Shown here: positions 49,491 through 64,000 of the stretch, piece by piece
How positions within the stretch are numbered: the stretch's first letter is position 1
Layout: every line of letters starts with the position of its first letter
Source of the DNA: Macrostomum lignano
Taxonomy: Eukaryota
Direction: 5' to 3'
DNA: 64,000 nt
Assembly (NCBI GenBank): GCA_002269645.1
Contig: NIVC01002622.1
Coordinates: 1-64,000, forward strand
Made by a program: the position numbers and the translations under genes
Notes under the pieces: generated by a model
Databases searched by the model: none
Told to the model about the DNA's origin: nothing
Seen by the model: the letters and a program-made list of their open reading frames with translations, nothing else

Positions 49491-51739
49491 GAAGGGAAAC
49501 TACGAGCATAAGTTCTGCAACACATATACAAGTAGCTAAGCATTAATAGACGCACTGCACCGATAAAATGTAATGGAATTGCTCGAATCACCGACACCAA
49601 GACCCATAAAACTGGAGAAACTGGCAGGATATAGTAGATACATGTAGGTCAGAATCAGAAGTGATCATGGGTGGGTGGGTCAAGTGATCATGGGTTCGAC
49701 CTCGATTGTATTATTCCTTCTTAATCTTATGCAATTAATTGTAAATTAGGTATGAAGTAACAGTAATTATCCTTGACCATGCTAGAGTAAAGACAAGTCA
49801 AAGTCAAGTTAATAAAAATAGACACACAGTGTAACAATAACAATGGTTTTTAGAGCCATTTTTCTTGTCTGTGTTTGTCTTTGTACATACATGTACATTT
49901 GGGAAGACTTATCTGGACCCAATCCCTTCTTATTCTACATGTACGCTGTTTTGGGTATGGGGGTTAGAGTTGGGCCGTCTGACACCCCCCTCCCCCCCCT
50001 ACCATAGTGGACTGGAGAGAAAGAAGCACATGCTATCGCTATTGGCTAGCCTGTCGTTCTCTTTTCTTTACCTTCTGTCTTGTGTAGCGTACACTATCCA
50101 ATGCACAAGGCCCAACTTTCCACTAAAGGAAGGTTCATATAGTCCGCCCATGGGCTTCCTCTTGCTTTCGCGTACACTCAAGGCCACTCACTCTCAACAC
50201 CAGCCACTAGAGGCTTGTTTTAAATAATCGATCGATAATATTAAATGTACACTTGAAAGCTTGCTTTGGATCCTAGCAGAAGGGGGAGAAAGTGGCCAAG
50301 GCCACCACACCCCACAAGGCAGGCAGGCCGGCCCGAGTGCGATAACGAATGACAAAAAAATAGAAAAGTACAATTTACACATCAACTTTCAATACAATAA
50401 ATACAATAATAGGTACGGTATTAATGACAGTGTATTTTCGCACAAAGTAGCTACGTTCAAACCACCAGCACGTAAACAGCTAAAATTTCACTGTTTATGA
50501 AATTTTATAAAATTTAACACATCATTTTAGATATTGAAAACTTTTAAAGGAGGGTATTACTGTTGCATGTGACTATAAAATCGTGGTAGGTATAGCTGAT
50601 GATGAAACTGGTGATTAGTATCTAGCTTTTTTGATAACTTAGCCGGTTAGACCCCGAAATAGCTATTGTAATTTGTAACGCTGGAGCCAAATACAAATAC
50701 AATGGAGCAATTAGTTTCTCTCAAATCTGTCTCTGCCAGTGCCAGTTTAGTCCATAGTAAGTAACCAAAGTAAAATACCCATTAGTGGTCCCGTTTCTAA
50801 TGTTTATAAATATTAAGCTTCAGTTTACTTTTGGCACAGTATGCAATTTTGAAAATTCACCCTAATAACGGTTTGCACCAGCAGGAAAGCAACTATTTTG
50901 TTGTTGGAAATCGGATTAAGCAGTCAAAAGAGTGTATTTCTATGAAAAAAGGTACTTTTTTTCCATTTTTTCAAATATTTCAACAGGTTTCGCTCTTTCA
51001 ATAAAAAAATCATCGCAGTACCTTAAAGTACAGTTAGTTTGGAATTAGATGACGGCGTTGAATTGTTTCTTCCATATTCCAAAAATTATAATGAGCACTT
51101 TTCCTCAAATCAGTTTGAGATCATGATTTTTAGTCTTTCGTCGATAACTTTCTGATTTCAAATGTTTAAGAATTGAAAACTTCCACACTTGTGTATCTTT
51201 GAATTGCGCATCAATTGGTGCATAGTATGTATGCTTAACTATTAGCAGTATAGAAAAAAATGCAAAAAACTGTAAAAGTACATTTTCAATTTTTGCATTT
51301 TTTGCAACCAAAGTGCCAACTTTTTGATACAATTGAAAAAAACAACCCAATAATGTTATGCATCTTAGTAAGGCGCACCTATAACCCTCGAACATTTTTA
51401 GCTCGAGTTTTAATGTGCATGAGGAAATGCACTTTTGTAAAGACATAATCTTAAGACAAACATTTCAACTGAAGCCTGTTCCTTTTCTCCGCAGTGAATC
51501 CATACAAAACTATACTCGTTAAATAGATCAGATTCTTCTCTTTAAAATGACACCTCACTTGTGAAATTCGCACTTGTAGTTTTGAAGTTACAGCAGTTTT
51601 TGTGAGATTTTTCTTGTCATTTTTTCGATGCACACGTCTCATATTATTATATTCGTCCAATGCTTCGCGCATTGGCTGGCTGTTTGTTCCTCATGCTCGG
51701 CACTTTGTGCCTCGCGCGTTCGCTCCGCTCACCCCACAA

Positions 51740-51895
51740 ACCCAAGGACACGCGCTTCCTCGAAAGTTGGAATCTGGTGTCGCTCGCGGATGACGTAGCG
51801 GTTGACATCGCGGAGGTCCTGCGTGATGCGCACCTCGCCCGGCTCCTCCATGGGCACGACGACCATCCTCGGTGCGACAAAGTTTGTCCAAGTCA
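51740..51895 (-). pseudogene. Ty3/Gypsy reverse-transcriptase fragment
   Basis: VAPRMVVVPMEEPGEVRITQDLRDVNRYVIRERHQIPTFEE matches the Gypsy RT motif SP.VVVPK..G.VR..VDLR..N..I.RERH.IPT.EE. Confidence 0.82.
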
Positions 51896-52410
51896 AAATG
51901 CTGAAGAATCTTGGAAAAATGATGGCTCTTCTGAATCGCTGAAAGAAAAGTTTGTAAGCGTACACTGTGTAGAATTTTACACTGTTTCCCAATCATAAAA
52001 TATTTTTTATGGAGGAATATCCTGCAAAAATAAATAATTGTAATGGAAAGTCACTGGATTTAGGAAGTTACAAAATGATTGGTTAGCGAATTTTGGCTTT
52101 CAAAACAGAATAGACGTTGAATACGAGCTTAAACCAACAATTATTGTCCATAATCTACATGCAAAAACTTTATTGAACTTTCATTTGCCTTTGCAGAAGC
52201 AATGCTGATCGTTTCGTTGACTGAGTTCATTCAACACGTTCAAGGATGCTATGCTTCAGTTTTTTAAGCCAATTGTAATTCACCACCATTTTGATAGGTT
52301 TAGAAACCTTGCATTTAAGATTTGGCCACGTCGCACTTCCGATTTCCTTGCAAGCAACAAAACTGCATTTTCTAAATAATTTCTTCAAATAGCTGGGATA
52401 AATTTGAAAA

Positions 52411-55400
52411 ATGAAAACGTTGAATTTAATTCTGCTTCTGCTTTTCTGCTTCCAGTTCGCTGAAAATGTGCTTGGTAAGAATTGATTCGATTTAGAAAAG
52501 CTGTACTTTTTGTCTCAGAACTCTGTTATTAGTGAACTGCTATTAGTAGACTGCTATTAGTAGACTGCTATTAGTAGACTGCTATTAGTAGACTGCTATT
52601 AGTAGACTGCTATTAGTAGACTGCTATTAGTAGACTGCTATTAGTAGACTGCTATTAGTAGACTGCTATTAGTAGACTGCTATTAGTAGACTGCTATTCG
52701 AATATAGGTATAACGCCTATTGATTTCAACTCTGTATTTTATGAATCCGTGCTTTTAATAGCCTAACATAGAGTATAATTTGTTAGACTTGACCAGAGTT
52801 AGGCTAAATTGGAAAATGTTCCGTCAAATGTCTGCAGGTGCCGAGAAAATCACCGTTCCCAAAAACAAGCCTGCTAAGCAGTCTTCGAAGTTCCACTCAA
52901 ACGACGACCCAGACCTGGCCAACAACGGCAACACCGGCGGCTCCCTTGTGCGCCTGTCGAACTGCTTCGAATGCGCGAACAACGACCCGCTACCCTGGTG
53001 GATGGTCGACATGGGCGAGATCTACTTTGTCCACCAGGTGAAGGTGTGGAACAGAATCAACTGCTGTGCTGACCGGTTTCGGCAGGTTAGCGTTGGTAAG
53101 TTGCTGCTGCGAAGCTTAGATTGCTGCATGGCTTTGAGATAGATCGATCGGGCAAAAAACTACAGTAAATAGAGAAAAATTTACTGGTGTTGTATCAAGA
53201 AATGTTTTGCTAAGCAAAAGCAAGCTACAGGGAAACGATGAAAATACATTTTTGTTAACGCTTCATGTTCAACAATATAAACGGAGATCTAGAACACTCA
53301 GATTTACTCAAACTCAGAAACATTGCACAAACAATAAAATACTCGTATTTATATTCAATCAGAAAATGTTTGTGGAATTCCCAAATATGTGCCAAAAAGA
53401 CTTTTGATAGGGCATTACTTTACTTTGCAGCAGAGGGCTTTCAGGGATGAAATGCTATATGTATTTGAGCTGTAAATGGATGCTTGTAAGAGGCCCCTTT
53501 CATGTAGGAACACGTGCGATGGTCTACAATTGTGGTAGCATTGTCCATGCATGTTGCCGATTCTCTGTACGGGGTCCGAATTCGGGCTTCAAAGCAGCTT
53601 ATCCATGACGAGCTTCACGATCTGAGCTTCAGGGGCTGAGGACTCCACCTTGCAGTCCACCTTTCTGGACCTCAACAGAACGAGAGTGTCCCAGGAGGTG
53701 CAAGGTGGCAGTCCGATGGGAGAACATGATGTACATGATCAAGCGAGTGAGTTGCTCGTGCGGGCCACTTGATTAAAAAAAGCACGTTATCCAAGGTACC
53801 AATTTTTTTCGTAAAAACGACTGTCGAGCACCGTGCGTTTCAATTTGTTGACAATGGCGTGCAATGCGATTTCGATAGAACGGTCCAGACCGAAAGACGT
53901 GCCGGTTGCAGGAGGGGGGAAACGCCAGAGCCCATCCGTTCTATCAGTTTAACAGTAGAAAGACCACGCTATTTTTCCACATGGGGAAAGACCATGGGAT
54001 CCCGGCTCGTCAGGGCCGCGTGGTGGCACTCCGTTGAATTCGAAGGTCCCGAAGGTCGTCCAGACAGAGCTGAATGCTGAACATGGTGCAGGACCATTGT
54101 ATAATACGCAGACATGCCTGGTTTGGTCCTTGATAGAAAAATCACGATGTTGGCGGTGTCAGCTCGTCGGGGCCGCGTGGTTGCCCTCCCTTAAAGGTCC
54201 CGAAGGTCGCCTATATGTCTACAGGACAGCCTAGAGGGTCGCCATCGTCCATTTCATTCACCGATTATGTCTACTGACTGAATGCTACATGCAGAAGAGG
54301 ATTGTTCCACTTCAGTTTTGGAAACGCAGCCGTCTCTGCGATACCGATCGGGTGCTTTTGTTGAAGGTCCCGACGGTCGCCGCCGATGCTCCAGACGGTG
54401 ATGAAGGGAGGGGACCCTGGTGTCTTAGATGCTGAGAGCAAACGTCCCTGCGACTGATATGCATAGTTTTTTTAGTGCTTTCATGATGAGATTTTGTGAG
54501 CAGAAATTTTTTTGCCAATGTTGTTGGTTTTTTTCCACCAGACACCCCGAGGAGAATCGCTGAATATCTCAACGATGCCGATTTTTCGTGATTCTCGAAG
54601 TTGCTTCATCAAATAGATCGGAAATTTTTAGCCCGTGATCTGGATTTTCATGGAAATTGGTTGAATATTCTTGGAGATATAGACAAAGGAAAAATTGGTG
54701 TATTTGAAATACACCCCATGGTCTTTCTACTGTTATAGGCGATAACGCTAGGGAGGATCGATAGAGAGAAATACAGTACAAGCGCATAAAACACTGCACA
54801 AGGCGAGTATGCATGTAATGTGATGAGTCAGAGACTCTAAGAAGAACAGATTGGTGTTCGCTGGTGTCAGATTGATATTGCAGGAAGCTTTGGCAGAGTG
54901 TTAGCCTCCCTTCCATGGTTTGAGATAAAGACAATCGTGGCTTCCTGCCAGCCACGGTTGCTGAGGAGGTCGAGGAACCTGTCATTTTCACTGCTGTTGC
55001 TGCTTGAAGATTTTTTCAAGAGTCGAAGAGTTTACTGCAAATAAAATCCTCTCCATATTCCAGGTGTGGCTAAAAATCCCATCGTATGGACGTCCTTCAA
55101 CCAGGACCTGTTCGAACGCTGCGACTACTGGCCCGGGGTGGCCACGGTGGCTGACAATCCCATCGTGTTCACCTGCCCCAGCCCCATCGGAGGCAGGTAC
55201 CTGGCCGTGTACAAGAACACCAGCGGACTGAGCGACGGCAGTGCCAGGCTGCACTTTTGCGAGGCTGACATCCTTGCAGGTTAGATGGGCCTTTGTAGCT
55301 TTGGTAGCTGCACTTTTGCGAGGCTGAAATCCTGGCAGGTTAGATGGGCCTTTGTAGCTTTGGTAGCTGCACTTTTGCGAGGCTGAAATCCTGGAAGGTT

Positions 55401-56512
55401 AGATGGGCCTTTGTAGCTTTGGTAGCTGCACTTTTGCGAGGCTGACATCCTGGCAGGTTAGATGGGCCTTTGTAGCTTTGGTAGCTGCACTTTTGCGAGG
55501 CTGAAATCCTGGCAGGTTAGATGGGCCTTTGTAGCTTTGGTAGTTTTTTTATAGTATTCTGGCAGTCTAAATACAGAATTAGAAAATTCTAACAAAAGAA
55601 ACGTCTCTCCAGTCAATAAAAAATCTCTTCTGAAGTCTATCCAGTAAAAGATCGAATTTTTATTCAGATACTAATTACAGTTACATAGTTTTGATAGAGC
55701 TGATTGATGGGCAACTCGGGCCACTGCAGAGGCAGATTCCAGCTAATGTCTTCATGAGGAGTGGTTCCTCGAGATTCTGGATTTGTCGCTGCACTACCTG
55801 TAAATATAAAATAAGTTGACATGAAAGACAAGCATGGGTCACTCAAGGACTACTAGACTAGAAGGACGCAACACTTGAAAATCATGCAAAAATGACTGAA
55901 GGCTGATAATTAAAATGTCTATATCTCCGAATCGATTGCATGTTGAAGGTTACTTTTTTCGACAGATATTTCAGATTTTTGTCCCCTACTGAGTAAGTAA
56001 GTTTAGTGTCCCACTGGATGTAGATGCTAGGAAAGACTGTACAATGGAGACCCTCTATTTTCGGGCGTTTGGTATTCAAATCGTTAAGTTTAGGGACCAA
56101 ATGATGAAGGTAGTGAAAATCTTAAACGCAATTTTTTGTGAAAAATTTTTTTCAAAAATATTGGCACTTCGATCTATAGTTCGCTCTTTTCTAATACAAC
56201 CTACGAGCGTAAAGTTATAAAAACATATTTTTTAATAAAAAATTTTCAGTCCTAAAGCCGTCCATGATCTCTTTCGAGGCTAAGGTCATTCCGCCAAGGT
56301 TCTCAACGAAGCCAACCGACTCGCAGCTCGATGGCTCTCCAATTGCTGCCAAGTTGAACATCGCCTGCCTGCGTGAGTGCGGCAGCCACCCAATGTGCCT
56401 CTACACTTTGTACAAGCAGGGCAACTGCTGGCTGTTCTCATCTGGCAGCATCTCCGATAGCTTCATCAGCATCCTGAGCGGTGGAGATGCCAAGTTCATG
56501 CAGCTGAACTAA
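52411..56512 (+). CDS. Secreted F-type lectin + PAN protein, copy B (duplicate of A); exons 52411-52474, 52838-53095, 55064-55279, 56250-56512
   Basis: Near-identical to copy A, splice sites intact; only synonymous exonic differences seen (e.g. GTT/GTC). Confidence 0.88.
53953..54732. mobile_element. Duplicate piggyBac-type MITE
   Basis: Copy of 36438-37217 at offset 17515, with the same TTAA/TTAT flanks. Confidence 0.82.
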
Positions 56513-59396
56513 TTAGCAATCTGTATATTCCTGTATCAATGCGTTTGCATGGATATTTTTTACACTCACATCGTTACACGTTACACTCACATCGGCCGAA
56601 TTGCATGGTTTGTTCCGCATGGGATCCTCGGGGCAAGCCTCTTCTTCGCTTGGCAGTGATGGCAGAGCATCATCGTTACCGCATTCAATGAATCGGATGA
56701 ACTCCATCAACTCGTTCATTCATTCGCCTCGATGACAATCGAATTCGACCAATTTATCATTCGGATGAGTGGCATGAATAGAGGTTAGGGCAAACAGAAG
56801 AAATATGAACATGTATCCTCTGCTGCAGAGTTCCAGCTTATAAGACCACAGCTTCATTTAACATGTTTCGTCTATGGTAATTTCAGACTGTTCCGCTTAA
56901 CTTTTCGTTCCAGACGTTTTGTCTATGGCCATCATTTGGCTTGCGCTAAGTGGAAAATGCCTATGACACAAATCCCTAGAATCACTTAGTGAACAATTCC
57001 CGTCTGGGAAGTTGTGTCCTAGCCCTTTTGTACCGGCCTCGACGCTATGGCAGTTGTGTGTGAAGCGTGACCTCTCGATAATCATACATTGTGCCTAGTC
57101 TCACTTACTACTCAGACTCATGCAGATCAGGGGCTGTAGTGAAATTTTCCTGAGTAAATTTGAGTTTCTATCACTTTGGAAGCGTCTCAGGAACACCTCC
57201 TGACTAATACAAAGGTCAATAACTCCGTGAAGTGTCTGTATGTCGAAGGCTTCAAGACAATCAATTGACTACATACATTTCTTCTTTTTACTCAAAAACA
57301 CTCTAGTGAAAAAAATTATCTTCAAAGATTAGGCGACTTTATTGTCAATTCTCTTTCACAATACGAGGTATCTATATAGGCGCTGGGTATCTATACAAGC
57401 ACTGGGATTTCTGTAAAGTCTGTTGCGATCCTATTCCCAAAAGATTTTTGAGCTTGAAAGTAGCCATTGTTTTTTCCACAATTGCGAACCTTCCATGATT
57501 CTTAATACTCGTAGAAAAGGGCTCTTGAAAATGTTCCTATAGCGCATTGTCCTTACTTGGGGTTACTGACTTCAAGCAAGCCTATGAGAAACTAAAAGTT
57601 CCTGCGAATCCAATTTTATTCAATATTAACTATAAAGCGAATCTACTAAAGAACTTCTTGTTGATTTAAAGTAAGTATGCTCGATTCCAACAAATTCATA
57701 TCTCTCTCGTATTTCTCAGACGCATCCGATTCTGTGTGAGTTTCTTTCTCCCATTTCTAAGAATTCCTTCTGAGTTTGGACAGGTGATGTCGCCAGACGA
57801 AATTCTCACGAGTTTGAAATTCTTGCCTCGCATTGTTTTCAGTTCCAGCTATTGACACTACTAGAATTGGCACTAGTTTGGTTGGTCCAAGCACTAACAG
57901 GCTCTAAGAATATCTTCTGACATAACTAAGGTGGATGAATGGTGCCTTTTATGTCCATTGACATGCATGCAAACTTATACAAGATGGTACAGATTTTATC
58001 AGCTAAATATCCCTTTGAGGCTGTCATTCATGACAAGCTCACCCACATAAATCATAAAATAGCTACAAGTTAGATTTGCTGGTGTCATCGCAGATTCACA
58101 TTTAGATTTTAGTAAAGCTGCACTAACTTACTTACTGCGAGTAGTGTGCTTGGGAAAAGTAATTAAAGAGTGTATTTGCTCAAAGCATCTCCGACTGTAA
58201 ATATTATTGATTGCATAAAGTTTGTCAGAAAAGTCAAGGCATGCGCAATAATAATAATACTACTCATACACACTCATTCACACGCTCACACAGGGTTTAA
58301 AGCGGCCTGAATTTCTAATTGTCAGGCATGTACACTCTCTGTGCCTTGGCGGTTGGCCCTCGTGGCTGTGAATCGCACGACAATCCGCCGGCCAATTATT
58401 GGTGCATACAAGTCCCAAATGAATTTGGTGCTGGCGCCCTTGGTGCTGGCGCCCCTGGTGCTGGCGCCCCTGGTGCTGGCGCCCCTGGTGATGGCGCCCC
58501 TGGTGCTAAAGCCACTGGTGCTAAAGCCACTGGTGCTAAAGCCCCTGGTGCTAAAGCCCCTGGTGCTGGCGCACCTAAACGAGTCTGAATTTTGGTTCGA
58601 TTCGGTGCTTGTGTGCTCAAAAATTGGCCTTTGGGGTTGTCGTGCAAATAGACAGATAGACATTTGCACGACAGTCATGTGCATCATGTGCATCATCAGT
58701 CATGCACATGATGGCCAGCCTCCAAAGCACAGGGAGTGTTGCAGAGACGATTAGAAATTGTCAAGGCCGCTGTAAACTCTGCATTTGCGCGACTGTAAAA
58801 CAATTATTGGACAAATTATCAAAGCATCATACAGCGCAGGCAGTAACCCGTCTGTTCTTTTGCTATTGTCTTATTGACATGATTTTTGCTAATTAAAATG
58901 TTACATGGCACGTACCGGTATTTAATAAATAATACATTTGAACAAGATAAAACCGATGCTTTTAAATCTGCATGCACGTGTTCGCGCATCCACACAGCTT
59001 GCTGATCCTCTATTTGATGTAGCAACTGACCGGAAGCTTTCAGTTTTGTAGCTGCTGTTAATGCATTGTCGATCAGACAAATATGAGCTAGAGATGAGAA
59101 TTTATCGCGAGGAAGAAGTTGCCTTAGCTAGTTCAGAAGAAAATGAAGCAAGCAGTCAGTCATCATGGTGACAGGATGCTTGCTTTTCTTGAAAAACTTA
59201 TCTAAAAGGCGCCCTAATAGATCCACACGCAGTTTAATGGGCAAACAAAGTTTGCCGTTATGTTTGCTCGCTAACTGAAAGCTAGCTAACTTTTAAGCGT
59301 TTTAGTGTTCTGAATGGCTTCCGCTGACTGATGGACGGCTAAATAAGACAAACCGGAGAGTTTGGAAGACAGTTTTGCTACTTTTGAGCATTCACG

Positions 59397-60871
<1,475 letters not shown>

Positions 60872-61380
60872 AAACTACACCCATGAGGGTACATGCCTGA
60901 AGATTAGAAAGTCAAGGTCGCTGTACACCCTGAGCAAGCGTGTGTATGAGTACGTGCCTACATACAGAATTGCGATCAGCGCTGGTTGTGGGATGATATC
61001 GCCGAAGGCATTGCGCTATGATGCCAACAAACTTTCTTAACTCTTCTTGTTGATAAGTTAATACCGGTATTCTCAGTCACTGGATTTATAGAGCTAGACA
61101 ATTATTGGCTAGCGACTCGTGTTGGTTTCAAACATCTTGGCAGTGAGAGCAGCACAAAATTTGCCTGCTCGATCGTCTCCTCCGGTTTCTTGGCCGTGTG
61201 AGACGTGCGTTGTCGACATGCACAGCCGATGACAGAAGTGTGCAGCGCAGTGGTGACTATGTGGAGAAGCCTCAGGACAATAGTACATAGTACCATGACC
61301 TTTGTGCCCGCTGGGAACTTATTTTTGCCTTTTAATGCCATGGACTACATTTAAGCCCGCTTGCAGGAGTCAAACTTACA

Positions 61381-61840
61381 TTAATGCAAATTAGCGGGCA
61401 GTTAATGACATTTAACGCCCGATTGTCTATGTCAAACTTACTTTAATGCAAATTAGCGGGCAGTTAATGACATTTAACGCCCGATTGTCTATGTCAAACT
61501 TACTTTAATGCAAATTAGCGGGCAGTTAATGACATTTAACGCCCGATTGTCTATGTCAAACTTACTTTAATGCAAATTAGCGGGCAGTTAATGACATTTA
61601 ACGCCCGATTGTCTATGTCAAACTTACTTTAATGCAAATTAGCGGGCAGTTAATGACATTTAACGCCCGATTGTCTATGTCAAACTTACTTTAATGCAAA
61701 TTAGCGGGCAGTTAATGACATTTAACGCCCGATTGTCTATGTCAAACTTACTTTAATGCAAATTAGCGGGCAGTTAATGACATTTAACGCCCGATTGTCT
61801 ATGTCAAACTTACTTTAATGCAAATTAGCGGGCAGTTAAT
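61381..61840. repeat. 62-bp x ~7.5 tandem array, each unit with an internal imperfect palindrome; absent from unit 1
   Basis: Unit TTAATGCAAATTAGCGGGCAGTTAATGACATTTAACGCCCGATTGTCTATGTCAAACTTACT; identical copies. Confidence 0.95.
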
Positions 61841-62166
61841 GTTGATGAACTTTTAACTGTTCTTTCCTCAGCTTTCATGTTACGGATGTTTTGTTGATTC
61901 GTTGAATGTTTCGTTGTTTCGTGCATCAAGTACAAAGATTTGGTCTATGGCAATTTGTAAAAGTAGCACAGGGTTTGGGGCAGAAAAGTGCTCATATCTC
62001 AAGAATGCCAGCAGATACAGAAATAAACAGAAGGTCATTTTAACGGGCAGATAATTCTCTTTTTAACTGCAACAAACTTAATATTTCTGATCGGTCAGAA
62101 AAGGCTGTAGTGAAGAAAGTATAGCACCGACTTTTGGGACACCCCTTGTACATGCTAAAAGTATTA

Positions 62167-62924
62167 TAGCTTTTTGCAGCCCATTTGGGCTTACGTGCAT
62201 TTAATCTAATCCAAGATAGGTTTGCCAATGTAGTGGAGCTTTTGTCTATGGTAGCAAGGCTGCCACAGCGGCACTTAATTTAGTCCAACAAGCATCAATT
62301 TGGTCCATAGCTTTATTTGCAACTGTTGCGGAGGAGCAAGATCAGCTCCACAATTGTGAACCATGCTAGGTTGTCGAACGTATGGCACTTGCTTGTGATC
62401 AAAGCACTCAACACAGGTGAACACCCAAAGGACATTGCAAGGTTGCTGAATACAGAAGAAAGATGGTTTACAGCATCCATCAGCGTGTTGAAACCACTTC
62501 TGGCATAGGTCGCCTGTGAAAGGTGGCAATCGCCAAGGCAAGTTGCTAGAGACTCAGGTCCAACTGCTACTTAATGCAATTGAGATGAACCCTTTGTTGA
62601 CGGAGCAGAAAATGCAGCAGCAGTTGAAGGAACAGTTCCAGTTGGTTATCAGATTCTGACTATCAGCAGAGCTATGGAAAAGCGACTGAAAATTGCTGGT
62701 ACAGACGCTGACATTTCAGCGGTGCGCAACAACCCTTAGGCGGTTGCGAGAAGGCAAGAGTTTGCCATTGGCTCACAAGCATTTGGACCAAATTGATGCT
62801 TGCTGGACCAAATCGAATGCCGCTGTGGCAGCCTTGCTACCATAGACAAAAGCTTCACTACATTGGCAAACCTATCTTGGATTAGATTAAATGCACGTAA
62901 GCCCAAATAAGCTGCAAAAAGCTA
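62167..62924 (+). mobile_element. Duplicate IS630/Tc1-like element with TA TSD
   Basis: Copy of 43544-44301 at offset 18623. Confidence 0.75.
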
Positions 62925-63180
62925 TATTGAATTTTCATGAATTATTTGCCTTTGCAGAAACAGAGCATATCAAGTCCACTACTGATGGTACATTTAACGT
63001 GGTCAAGGATGCTATGCTTCAAATATTTCAACCCAATTATAATTCCCCGTCATTGTGATTGGTTTAGAGAAAATGTATTTAAGTTTTGACACGACGCATT
63101 TCTGATTCTATTTGGAAGCCATTTCCATTTGAAGCATAAAAATTTATTCTGAAAAATCATTGCTTCAAAAAGCTAGGGAA

Positions 63181-64000
63181 ATGAAAACGTTGCCAATGAT
63201 CTTCAATTTAAGTCTGCTGCTGGTTTTCTGCTGCGATTTCTGCGCTCAAAAAGTGCTTGGTAGGTTTGATTTAACCGCGTCTCAGTGTAAGCTGTAACTT
63301 TGGTCTCAGGACTCGATATAATGGTGGCTGGGCCTTATCGAGTCAGGGGCAAGGCAGTGGAGCTGTGACCACCCTGCCGCACTTTAAGCGACATTGTCAA
63401 CACAACCAGCGCGAGGCATTACTGCCCATTCTGCCGACTCCCCTGTGCAGGCACACAAACGCTTGGATATATACGCACAGGCACTCACTCACAGAGGAGT
63501 GTACAGCGGCCCTAACTTTATATTATCGTTTTGTCTTGGGGCTTTGGCCCTCAAGGCCGTAAAGTGCACGAGCAGAGCCAAGCCGAGATTCCAATTTAGC
63601 CCCAAACTGATGTGACTGCACTTGGAATCGAGCCTGGGCCGCTGGCACATCAGAGCGCCGCGCCAGACCACTGGGCTACGCCCCTCCTAGACTGCTGTTA
63701 GTAGAAGCTCGAGATGGGACGTCTAATGAGAAAATATTTCAACTCAGTTTTCTATGAATAGGTAGCTTCGACAGCTCAAATTGAGATGATACATAAGAAT
63801 AGGTAGCTTTGACCAGATTTAATGAATTAGACTAAATAAATAAATATACTGTCATATGTGCATCGTCTGCAGGTGCTGAGCAAATCACCGTTCCCAAAAA
63901 CAAGCCTGCTAAGCAGTCTTCAAAGTTCCGCCCAAACGACGACCCAGCCCTGGCCAACAACGGCAACACCGGCGGCCACCTTGTGCGCCTGTCGAACTGC
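63181..64000 (+). CDS. F-type lectin + PAN gene copy D (partial): exon 1 63181-63259, exon 2 from 63873 to window end
   Basis: Paralogue of C. Exon 2 reads GAEQITVPKNKPAKQSSKFRPNDDPALANNGNTGGHLVRLSNC. Confidence 0.82.
63313..63687 (-). mobile_element. tRNA-derived SINE in intron 1 of copy D
   Basis: Duplicate of 44690-45064; head GGGGCGTAGCCCAGTGGTCTGG...GGCTCGATTCC. Confidence 0.75.

Noticed and set aside
51660-51998. 112-aa + strand ORF with a hydrophobic N-terminus
   Set aside because: The opposite strand carries a clear Gypsy RT motif, so this is its antisense frame.
61381-61840. CRISPR array (palindromic repeat units)
   Set aside because: No unique spacers (units are identical end to end), no cas genes, and a eukaryotic context. 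The same applies to the 59-bp array.

Overview
Eukaryotic (invertebrate animal) genomic DNA, very rich in repeats. Spliceosomal GT-AG introns, TTAGGG-like tracts and the transposon spectrum support this; a flatworm such as Macrostomum is only my guess. Bases 1-11.2 kb are a strand-biased satellite built from 9-bp subunits, followed by long microsatellites. At 13.3-14.06 kb (-) is an intronless secreted PAN/apple + C-type lectin gene. Bases 14.4-34.6 kb are nested mobile elements and minisatellites: a solo LTR, a tRNA-SINE, mariner and piggyBac transposase remnants, a Gypsy integrase fragment, and hAT and foldback MITEs. From ~34.65 kb to the end lies a ~17.4-18.6 kb head-to-tail duplication, each unit carrying two 4-exon genes that I assembled by hand (signal peptide + F-type lectin/F5-8C domain + PAN domain). 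That gives 3 complete copies and 1 truncated by the window edge, all with a non-canonical fucose-binding motif. The best candidate for an undescribed system is this expanding cluster of secreted lectin-PAN proteins. All domain and family calls come from motif recognition by eye; no searches were run.
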